Assembly (NCBI GenBank): GCA_001244265.2
Contig: CDLV01000011.1
Coordinates: forward strand, 992,001-1,056,000
DNA from: Microbotryum violaceum
Lineage: Eukaryota
DNA: 64,000 nt
Direction of reading: 5' to 3'
Shown: piece by piece, positions 49,378 to 64,000 of the stretch
Numbering within the stretch: the stretch's first letter is position 1
Layout: each line of letters begins with the position of its first letter
The notes under the pieces: generated by a model
What the model was told of the DNA's origin: nothing
The model's input: the letters and a program-made list of their open reading frames with translations, nothing else
Databases searched by the model: none
Program-made: the position numbers and the translations under genes

Positions 49378-50650
49378 CACGAGATTGCTCTCGAGCCTCA
49401 CTGGTTCCGAGTCCAAACAGAAAGGATCAAACGGTGTAATTCGCAGGCAAAGAAAGACTACTAAAAGGACTAAGGTCAAGAGGCGCCCGTGGCGCCGCGC
49501 GCAAGTAAGGCTTCGGCCGCTGAGGTTGTTGTGAGGCGTAAGCGGAGCGGTGCCTTACACTCACCCCTCCTTGAATCAATTCCCTTATCCGGGTTCTGAC
49601 GCAAACAATCGTTCGTCGTCGTCTTCTGAATCGCTTGAGATGCCTACAAAGGCGGTTGAATCACCGGTGTCCTCGTGCACTCGGATTGCGGCTACCATTC
49701 GAGGCCCGGGGGTAGATCCGGGGGGATCGCGACGAGGGGATGCAGTGTTGGGCTTGGAAGGGCAGTTTGAAGAGATGTGGCCTACCGTGTCGCATACGAA
49801 ACAGCGGCCTTCGAACATTGCCTTCTCCTTTGCTGCACCTTCCAACCTTGGTGTGCAAGGCCCCACAGCCTGAGTTGGTTCACCGCGTTCGTGATGTAAG
49901 TTGAGCCTCCGCATGCCTGTTGTTGCTTGCTCCAAGGTGATAGCGTCCCACATTGTCTGGAGATATGCCACAAGTGCATTAACGGAAAACTTGCCAAGCG
50001 CAAACAAGGGGGAGGCGGTCGCGCGGAGATACAGGAGCTCGTCGCATCGGTGGAGCAGTTGGCGCTTGAACAGTTCATCAGGGATGACTTGGGTGCCGTC
50101 GGAGGCCAATCCAGCTTGGCTGCGCTCTTGCGTCAATAGTGCAATGAATTCGTTGAACGTCCCGCTCTGTTGCGCGTTGAAAAAGGCGTGCTCCGCCGCC
50201 AAGCCGGTCTTCTCGCTGACGAATCGCGCCTTCACTTCCGCTGCAAAGTCGTCCCACGTTTTGAGCGCCTTCAACTTGTCGCGAGAATCAATGTACCAGT
50301 CCCCTCCTTCCCCTCCATCCGGCTGCCGGCCTCACGAATGAGGTGTACGGTCGCAATCTTGCCGTAGTTCCATTCGGCCGATTCGACCGCATCTTCGCAC
50401 CCTGCCAGCCAGCGCGCCACGTCCCTCGACTTGGAACCGCCTTCAACAACGGCATATCGAGCTTGACTCTTCATGCCGGGGTCTCCATGTGCAGGGGTGT
50501 ATCGCGGGAGTCGGGTGGCATTCTCCTGTTCTGTTCCGGTTCGATTCTGGGTTCTGTGGCGGGCACGGTGCTCGAGGCCGTGTTGCGGGGCTGGGCGGAG
50601 CGGGGCTGGGCGGGGGCAGGGGCCGGGGGGGTTCTGGGTTCTGGTTCTGG
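49378..50650 (-). mobile_element. Ty3/gypsy-like gag-only element with PPT and 3' LTR (49378-49559)
   Basis: TWDDFAAEVKARF and knuckle CFVCDTVGHISSNC; stop at 49585; PPT aaggaggggtgag then TGTAAGG; frameshift at ~50290. Confidence 0.8.
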
Positions 50651-53296
50651 TGTGATGAGTCCACTCTCAGCTCGGCAGAGGCGCCTCGGTCGTTACGCGA
50701 GCCCGCTAGCCCGCCCCCAGCGCTGGGGACTTAGACGCGCGCGACTGACTCAGCGCGCCAGCGCCGGGTGGATCCGTGCGCGTGCCCGCTAGGCCGCCCT
50801 CTGCGGTGGGGACTTAGACGCGCGCGACTGTCTTAGCGCGCTAGCAATTTCACCCGCGACTGGGCCTATCTCAGCGCGGGCCTCCTGTCTGTTCTTAGCT
50901 TCCTCCTCATCACTTCTGTTCGACTATCAACCCCTCCTGACAGTAGTGGTGATCGTCTTATAGGTACGCTGAAACTCATCACTTCTGTTCGACTATCAAC
51001 CCCTCCTGACAGTAGTGGTGATCGTCTTATAGGTTTTGAGCCCAACGAGCAACCAACTGCTCCTTGAGGGATTTTTCGAGCTCAACCACTCGCACCACAC
51101 ACGTCCCTCGCAGCATGGACAGCCCTCCCGCCGCACCCTCGCCGCCCAGGGATTCCAGCTCCCCTGAGCCCTCATTCAGCGCGCAAATCGCCACTCTCCA
51201 GGCGCAACTCGCCGCTCTGCAGGCCTCGCAGCCCCTAGCCGCTGCCGCTCCCACGCCCCCGGCCGTTGCAGCCACACCGGTCCACGCCACCACCGCATCC
51301 AAAGTCGTGTTTCCCAAACACGCTCGCCTTGACGGACCCAAATCTTTTACAAATTGGTTGCGTCAACTCCGTCTGACGCTCCCGAACCAGCTTCGGAGCT
51401 ACGTCCTCGACGGTGTCATCCCCGCTACCTGGACGGCCGAGCAGCTGCCCGCCCGTGACAACGCTGCCGCGAGATCATCGTTGGCTCTATTGACTCAGCC
51501 GACGTCTCGGCGGCCCTCGACGCCATCCCCAGCGACCAGCTGTCAGCTCCTCGCATTTTTGCGACTCTCAAGGCTTGTTTCGCACCGGACGATGCCACGC
51601 GCACCCTCGAACTCTTCGCCCGTCTTTGGGATTTCAAGAAGATGCCCGCTTCCGTCGAGGCATACGACACTTGGCTCCGCGAGTACATGTCGGTTGCACA
51701 AGAGATCCGTGATGCCAAAACGTCGCTCAACGACGTCCTCGCCACCCACGTCCTCACCATGGTTCCGTCCTGCCTCGACAGCTTCCGCCTGACCTTCACG
51801 GACGAGCAGCGAAGCCAACGCGAACTTCCCGAACTCACGGCGCTCACAGACCGCATCCGCATCCAACTTCGCTCGGCAGGACTTTCCACCTCGCCTTTGG
51901 CCATGCTCGCCACGCCATCGCTTTGTCCAGCCTGCCACGCCCCTGGTCACCGCCTTCGCAACTGCAAGTCGCGAGCCAAGCACCCCCCACTGGTCCTTGC
52001 CGCCGATGCCACAAAAAAGGCCACTGGGCCCTCGACTGCAAGCACCAAGGGGAGCAGAAGACCACCAGCGACAGCAACCACGACGACTCGGTCTCAACTG
52101 CGTCTCAACAGCCTAACATCGGCTATTTCGCCTCCTGCCTGTTTGCTCGCCGCCACCTCCCTGATGACGCCTTTGTGGTTGATTCGGGCGCCACGGCACA
52201 CATGGTTGCTGATCGGTCTCTGTTCACCACGTACCGCCGCACGGCGCAAACCAAAATAGGCGGCATTGCAGGCGGCATCACGGCCATTGGCATCGGTGAC
52301 GTGGCCTTCGTTGCCAAGTCCGGACATCCGATCACGCTGCATGGCGTCCTTCATACGCCTGGTCTCGCCGTCAACCTTCTATCCGTCTCTCGCCTCTGGG
52401 ACACCGACCGTGTTCGACTCGCCTTCACCAACGAAGGCATCGACATTGCAAAGGACGGTCAGGCCATTGCTCAAGGTCACAGGGTCGACGAGGGTCTCTA
52501 CCTCCTGGACGCGGATCACTCGAAATGTCAGCATCTTGCCTTACTCTCGCGTTCTGAGTCCACCGTGCCCCTGCTTACCCTCCATCGCTGCCTCGGCCAT
52601 CTCGCTCCATCCTCTATGCAGAAGATGATTGCCGCTGGTTTGTTGGACGGGTTTGGGGTCGGATATAGTGACAAAGACATAGAGCAGTTTGTTTGCAATG
52701 CTTGCCTTGGTTCCAAAGACCATCGCCTCCCTTTCCCTGACTCGGATTCGCATTCCTCCGAGAGACTCGGCCTCGTACACAGCGACATCCTGTCGTTTCC
52801 GACTCCGTCTTTGACCGGCAAGCGCTACCTTGTCACGTTACTCGACGACCACTCTCGCAAACTCTGGGCATACGCGATTGACCACAAAAGCGACGTCTTT
52901 CCAACCTTCAAGACTTGGCTCGCCGAGGTAGAATTGGAGACAAACGCACGCTTGAAGATCCTCCGCTCCGACAACGGTGGGGAGTATCGCTCCACCGCCT
53001 TCACGGAGTTCTGCAAGTCCAGGGGAATTCGCCGCCAGTACTCTATACCGTACACACCTCAACAAAATGGTCGCGCCGAACGTGTCAACCTTTCCATCGT
53101 CGAAGGTGTCCTCGCTCTCCTCGCCGATTCTCGTTTGCCCGCCACCTTTTGGGATGAGGCGGCCGCGTACTTTGTTTATTGCAAAAACAGGTGCTCACAC
53201 TCCGCTTTAGCCAAACAGACTCCAGAATCTGCTTGGAACGGCCAACGCACCACCGCCACCGCCCTCCACCCGTTCGGCTGCGCCACCTGGCTCACA
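50651..53296 (+). mobile_element. Ty1/copia element E1: 5' LTR 50651-51031, PBS, frameshifted gag-PR-integrase, truncated
   Basis: PBS ggttttgagccca; CCHC knuckles; [33 protein letters not shown]. Confidence 0.93.
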
Positions 53297-57694
<4,398 letters not shown>

Positions 57695-59567
57695 TATTCG
57701 ATCAACTCTACTACGTCAGCGATGTAGTTCTAGCCAAGAGTGATGAATAGGAAGCTAACAGTGTGAGAGCCACGCGCCCCAAGTTTCCCAGGCTCGCTCC
57801 GCGCGCCTAGCCCTGGGCCGATGCGCCCAGCTCGCTCCGCGTGCCTAAGCCCTGGGCCGGTGCACCTGACTCGATCCGCGCACCTAAGTCCTGAGCCGAG
57901 CGGAGTGGATTCCTCACACCCCCCCCCCCCCACGCGAACGCGAGGTAGACTTGAGCCGTGGGTGTCGCGTCCGGAGGCCCAGAGCATAGCAATGTACACC
58001 AAAAATCTTGGGACCTAGCGCCTTGGTGAATATGTCCGCAACCATGTTCGCTGTGCCGACGTGTGAGAGGGAGATATCGCCTTGGTGGACCATGTCGCGA
58101 ACAAAGTGCTTGCGGAGGCGTATGTGTCGGGTGCCAGAGGTGTGAACGGGGTCGTGAGCGACGGCGGCCGCGGCCTCGTTGTCGGTGAAAATGTGAGCCG
58201 CATCGACCGGGCGAACGTGGAGCTTGGAGAGGAGTTGTGTAAGGTAAATCGCTTCCTTACCAGCATGCGACAAGGCGAGGTGTTCGGCATCAGTGGTGGA
58301 ATCTGCTACCGAGTCTGACGCTTCAATGACCAAGAGACGACGGAGCCGGCCAAGTAAAAGACAAAGCCCATTGTGGAGATTGACGTGTCAATGCAGGCAC
58401 CCCAGTTTGCATCAGAATAGCCAACCACCCCTGTAATCTTGGCTGGACCGCAGGCGTAGAGTAGCTCATCACGGTACGTAGCGCGAAGGTAGCGAAGGAC
58501 GTGATTGACGGCGACCCAATGGTGGCGGCCGGGGTTGTTGGCGAACCGGGACAGGTACGAGACGGCGAAGGCAATGTCGGGGCGAGTGCCGAGTGAAATG
58601 TATAGGAGGGAGCCGATGGCTTGCAGGTACCACGACCGAATGCGTTCCGTTCCCTGACCCGGTACTGCCGTGAGCGAGAGGACGGGCGTCATTGGCACCG
58701 TAGCGCCGCGCGTTGTGGTGTCGAAGTGAAAGCGGGCGAGCACGTCCATGATGTAGCGCTCCTGAGATAAAGCAATGGAGCCATCTTCCAGGAGTCAAAT
58801 CTGGATGCCGAGGATGTATTCTGCAGGGCCGAGTCGTTTGACGCTGTATTGCTGTTCGAGGCTGGAGATGACACGCTCAATCTCATCGAGGGCGGGGCTG
58901 ACAATGAGGAGATCATCAACATATAATGCGATATAATGGGGCTGCTTCTGATAATCAATGCGAGAGTAAATGCAGTGATCAGTGCCCGTTGCCGTGTACC
59001 CAAGACTCCTGAGCGATGTGTCAATGTGGCAATTCCAGATGCGACCGGCCTGCTTAAGACCGTAGATCGAGCGCCGCAGCCAGAGAACCTGGTCGCTCGG
59101 GAAGTCAAAACCTCGTGGCGTCGTCATCCAGATGTCGTGATTGAGCTCGCCGTGAAGGTAAGCCTTGTCGATGTCAGCCTGATGAACGTGATAGCCGTTG
59201 CCAGCAGCAAGGGCGAGGAGGCAGCGAATGGAGGAGAAATGGGCGACGGGTGCGAACGTCTCCAAGAAGTCAATGCCGTCGCACTGGCGGTTACCCTGCG
59301 CAACAAGGCGTGCCTTCCTCCCTGTGATATCACCCTGTGCATTGCGCTTGGTCTTACAGACGAATTTGGAGGTGACGATGGTGGCGCCGGGGGTACCGAG
59401 GAACGAGGCTCGATGGTGAACACCTTGAAATTGTTGCGCATGGCGGTGAACTCGTCGGAGGCGGCTTGAGCCCAGAGGTTGTGCTCGTCGCTGGACATCG
59501 CTTCACGCCAGGTCTGAGGGTCGCTAGTGATCGATTTGACCGGCTCAATGGCTTCGAGGGTGGGGTC
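57695..59567 (-). mobile_element. Ty1/copia element E3: RT-RNase H, poly-G PPT, 3' LTR 57918-57695
   Basis: [44 protein letters not shown]. Confidence 0.93.
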
Positions 59568-60943
59568 TGTGAAGAGTCCACTCTCAGCTCGACAGAGGCG
59601 CCTGAGTTGTTGCGCGCACCCGCTAGCCCGCCCCCTTGCGGTGGGGACTTAGGCGCGCGCGACTGCCTCAGCGAGCAGGCGCCAGCGGACTTGGGCGCGC
59701 GCCCGCTAGGCCGCCCCCTTGAGGTGGCGACTTAGACGCGCGCAGCTGCCTCAGCGCCCTAGCAAGTTCACCCGCGGCTGGGCCTATCCCAGTGCGGGCC
59801 CCCTTTCTGTTTCTTAGCTTCCCTCTCACCACTTCTGTTCGACAATCAACCTCTCCTGACAGTAGTGGTGATCGTCTCATAGGTTATTCGCCATCGACCT
59901 ACCGCTGGCATGGACACGTCGTCGCCCTAACGACAGGTGCCCACCCAACAATCCCCGCCGAACAGCTCGCCGCACTTACGTCGCTGCTGTCGGGTCTCAC
60001 CACTGCCACATCCGCCACGTCGTCCGGCACCTCTCGCACCGCCTTTCCCAAGCACGCACGCTTGGATGGGCCCAAGACGTTTGCGAGCTGGACACGCCAG
60101 CTTCGCCTCTGCCTTGCGGACGACATCCGCTCATACGTCCTCGACGGGATCGTGCCCGCCGACTGGACACCTTCGCACCGCTCTGCCCGCGATGTCGTGG
60201 CACGTGAGCTCCTAGCGAATTCGATCGACTCAGCCGACGTCTCGGCAGTCCTTGACCAAATCCCTACCGCCGACCTCACAGCGCCCAAAATCTATTCGAC
60301 GCTGAAATCGCGGTATGCTCCGGATGACGCCACTCGCACGCTCGAGCTCTTCTCACGACTATGGAGTTTCCGGCCCATGCCCGGCACCGTTGGCGAATTC
60401 GACGGTTGGATCATGGAGTTCAAAGCCATTGCGCAAGAAATCATCGATACGAAGACGACTATCAATGATGTTCTTGCCACACTCCTCCTCGCCATTGCAC
60501 ACCCGTGCCTCGAGAGCTTCAAGGCGTCATTCACCGACGAACAGCGCACCCAACGATCTCTCCCTGCCATTGATTCGCTCGCCGACCGCATGCGTGTTCA
60601 ACTCCGGTCCACCAACGTCCCCAGCACCCAATCGGCCCTTCTTGCCTCGTCGTCGTCACGTCCTACCCGTCCCAAGTGTCTCGCCTGTTGCAGCCCTTTG
60701 CACCGTGTGGCGGAGTGCCCTGTGAGAGCGAAACACCCGCCGCCAGGACCCTGTCGCTCCTGCAAGCAGAATCACTGGTCTTTCGACTGCAAAAAGGCTC
60801 TCGAGAACGGCAAAAAGGCCAACACGGCGAACTCGACCGCCAACTCGCAACACCATGTCGGATGTCTCGCTACCGGCCTTCTCGCTCATCGTCGCCAGCT
60901 TTGCGCCAACTCCTTCGTCATTGACTCAGGCGCCACTTCGCAC
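59568..60943 (+). mobile_element. Ty1/copia element E4: 5' LTR 59568-59881 and gag up to the protease motif
   Basis: Near-identical to the E2 5' part; cut after IDSGATSH. Confidence 0.93.
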
Positions 60944-61346
60944 TATTCGATCAACTCTACTACGTCAGCGATGTAGTTATAGCCAAGAGTGATGAATCAT
61001 TACAACATACCTATTCGATCAACTCTACTACGTCAGCAATGTAGTTATAGCCAAGAGTGATGAATAGGAAGCTAACAACAAGAGAGCGCGCGCCTCACAT
61101 CCTCAGGCTGCGAACCTTGGGGCTGAGCCAATGGCCCAGGCTCGCCCTGCGCGCCTAAGTCCTGGGGCTGTGTGCGCCTGGCTCGCTCCGCGCGCCTAAG
61201 TCCTGAGCCAATGCGCCTGGCTTGTTCTGCGCGCCTAAGTCCTGGGCCGGTGCGCCAGGCGAGCGCGCGCCTAAGTCCTGGGCCGGTGCGCCAGGCTCGC
61301 TCTGTGCGCCTAAGTCCTGAGCCGAGCGGAGAGTGGATTCCTCACA
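60944..61346 (-). mobile_element. LTR of the E3 family with duplicated terminal segment
   Basis: tgtgaggaatcc...gatcgaata; gcgcctaagtcctg tandem repeats; no matching TSD. Confidence 0.88.
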
Positions 61347-61369
61347 GTAGCGTAAGATGTGCGCCACCG

Positions 61370-62826
61370 CTGCCCCGCACTCCCGGCCGCCCCGCCACGC
61401 AGACCAACGCCGCTACCTCAGCCAAAGTCGTGTTTCCCAAACACGCTCGCTTCGACGGTCCCAAATCGTTCACCAACTGGTTGCGTCAACTCCGTCTTGC
61501 ACTCCCGAATCAAGTCCGTGCTTACGTCCTCGAAGGTGTCGTTCCCGCTACTTGGACGGCCGATCAGCTTGCCGCCCGGGAACTCATCGTTGGCTCTATT
61601 GACTCCGCGGACGTCTCGGCCACGCTCGACGCCATTCCCAGTGACGATCTCTCAGCACCGCGCATCTTCACCGCTCTCAAGGCTCGCTTTGCACCGGACG
61701 ATGCTACCCGCACCCTCGAGTTGTTCGCCCGCCTTTGGGATTTCAGGAAGATGCCTGCCTCCGTCGAGGCATACAACACCTGGCTGCGCGAGTACATGTC
61801 CATCGTACAAGAAATTCGCGACGCCAAAACTTCGCTCAACGATGTACTCGCCACTCACGTGCTTGCCATGGTCCCATCGTGCCTCGACAGCTTCCGACTC
61901 ACGTTCACGGACGAGCAACGCAACCAACGCGACCTTCCCGAGCTGACAACGCTGACCGACCGCATTCGCGTCCAACTTCGTTCGGCGGGACTCTCCACCT
62001 CGCACTCGGCCATGCTCGCTACCGCCTCCCCATGCCCCGCCTGCCGCGCCCCCGGTCACCGCCTTCGTGACTGCACCTCACGCGCTCAACACCCCCCACC
62101 GGCCCCTGCCGTCGCTGCCACAAGAAGGGTCATTGGGCCCTCGACTGCAAACCGCGAGGCGACCAAAAACGAACCGGCGACGACAACCAGGACAACACAC
62201 CCTCATCGGTGGCTCAACAACCGAATGTCGGCTATTTCGCCTCCTGCCTGCTCGCTCGCCGCCATCTCCCGACCGACGCCTTCGTCGTCAACTCGGGCGC
62301 CACGACACACATGGTCGCCGATCGCTCGCTGTTCACGACTTATCGTCAGACGGCGCACACCAGGGTCGGCGGTATCGCAGGAGGCATCACGGCCATTGGC
62401 ATGGGGGACGTGGCGTTCATTACCAAGACCGGACACCCGATCACGTTGCGTGGCGTTCTTCACACGCCTGGCCTTCACGTCAACCTTCTCTCTGTCTCTC
62501 GCCTCTGCGACACCGACCGCGTTCGACTCGCCTTCACCAGCGACGGGATCGACATTGCCAAGGACGGCCAGGCCATCGCTCACGGGACTCGCGTCAACGA
62601 CGGTCTCTACCTTTTGGATGCGGACCACACCCAATGTCAGCAGCTTGCCTTGCTCTCACGTTCTGAGTCTCCCGTGCCCCTGCTTACCCTTCACCGCTGC
62701 CTCGGCCATCTTGCCCCATCCTCCATACAAAAGATGATTGCTGCAGGTTTGCTGGACGGTTTCGGGGCCGGGTACAGTGACAAAGACGTAGACGAGTTTG
62801 TTTGCAATGCTTGCCTTGGTTCCAAA
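61370..62826 (+). mobile_element. Ty1/copia gag-protease fragment E5 (E1-like)
   Basis: [45 protein letters not shown]. Confidence 0.9.
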
Positions 62827-62843
62827 TGTGATGATGTCACGCC

Positions 62844-64000
62844 TGCTCAAGCGGTGGTAAGTCTCTGATCAAAGGACCAAGGGAGACCAGACCAAGAAGT
62901 TGCTTGTTACACACCTGCTCAAGCACTACCGTAAGTTACCACATCTAGAGGGGTGAAAGATAATAGGAAGAGTAGTGCTCACCTGCTCAAGCGGTGGTAA
63001 GTCTCTGATCAAAGGACCAAGGGAGACCAGACCAAGAAGTTGCTTGAGCAGGAGAGAAACCAGAGAGGGGCCAGCTGGCTGGGCCTAAGTGCCCAGCCAG
63101 AGTCAGGCGCACGGACCTGGCCCAGAGTGGGAGAGCTAGAGTGGTGAAAAGTAGGCCAAAAGTGATCAAAATGAAGAGAGGAGGATGTTGAGGTAGATGC
63201 AAGATACAAGAAGGACATGAAGGAGATATTTGATCTCACACCCCCCCTACTTCGAGTATCAGGGAGCACAGATACCGAGTCGACTGCGGTGCCGAGCAAA
63301 GAGGTCGCGTGACAATGCTTTGGTGAAGATGTCCGCTGTCATCTCACCAGTGTTGATGTACTGGACGACAATATCGCCCATGGAAACCATATCCCGGACG
63401 AAGTGTTCGCGCAGGCGGATGTGCCGAGTCCGAGCATGAAATACCGGATTCTTGGTGAGAGCTTTGGCACCTTGGTTGTCGCCGTAGATGAGGACGGGCT
63501 TTGAAGACGAAAGGCCAAGCTCACCAAAGAGCTGACGCAGAAAGATTGCCTCCTTACCAGCGTGTGACAGTGCGAGGTACTCGGCGTCACAAGTGGAGTC
63601 GGCAACGCGCGATTGGAGCCGGGAGGACCATGAGACGGCAGCACCTGCATAGACAAAAGTGTAACCCATGGTCGACTTGGAAGAGAGGACGCATGCACCC
63701 CAGTTGCAGTCGGAGTAGCCCAAGAGCGGTGCCGGATCCCCACAAGTGTAGCGTAAGCCGTGAGGAAGAGTGCCAGCGATGTAACGGAAGGCGTGCTTGA
63801 CAGCTCCCCAGGCAGCAGCAGAAGGCGAGTGAGAGAAGCGAGCCAAGTAACCGACGGTGTAAGCCAGGTCGGGCTGAGTACCAGTGGATGCATACATGAG
63901 GGAGCCAATGGCTTGCAGGTACCGAGTGCGATCCGGAAAAGGGGTGGGCTGGAGCTCGACTTCAAGGCGGAGATCAGACTGCATGGGAGTCGCGACCGGA
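62844..64000 (-). mobile_element. Ty1/copia element E6: RNase H, PPT, 3' LTR 63240-62844
   Basis: [39 protein letters not shown] agtaggggggg then TGTGAG. Confidence 0.93.

Noticed and set aside
46604-49559. ~190-bp inverted repeat pair resembling a long-TIR transposon
   Set aside because: Both are LTRs of one family in opposite orientation; one has its own 5-bp TSD and the other follows a PPT
61172-62737. 521-aa ORF as a novel gene
   Set aside because: Chimera of an antisense LTR, gag and an out-of-frame protease region

Overview
Eukaryotic, intron-rich fungal DNA. It is a basidiomycete, probably Pucciniomycotina/Microbotryomycetes, inferred from gene style and TCG-biased C>T decay of repeats. 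Two islands of host genes are present. At 1.8-14.5 kb: MAM33, a Hsl1/Gin4-family kinase, MTP18/MTFP1, inositol monophosphatase and a PY-motif membrane protein. At 29-46 kb: RPP0, an LRR protein, a vezatin-like gene, a BTB/CAP-Gly protein and URB1/NPA1. A DNA-transposon block at 15-28 kb holds a Helitron derivative, a decayed P-element-like DDE transposase gene with an N-terminal Ulp1 peptidase and its 8-bp-TSD relatives, and CA..TG elements with 2-bp TSDs. A nested LTR-retrotransposon stack fills 46-64 kb. The most striking observation is that three distinct Ty1/copia LTR types, plus one more LTR-like unit, carry a duplicated segment enclosing a GT..branchpoint..AG intron-like unit (about 70 nt in the copia LTRs). 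Its acceptor is completed by the first base after the LTR, which suggests an intron that could be regenerated at each reverse-transcription cycle. Exon boundaries and family names come from manual motif reading, not database searches.
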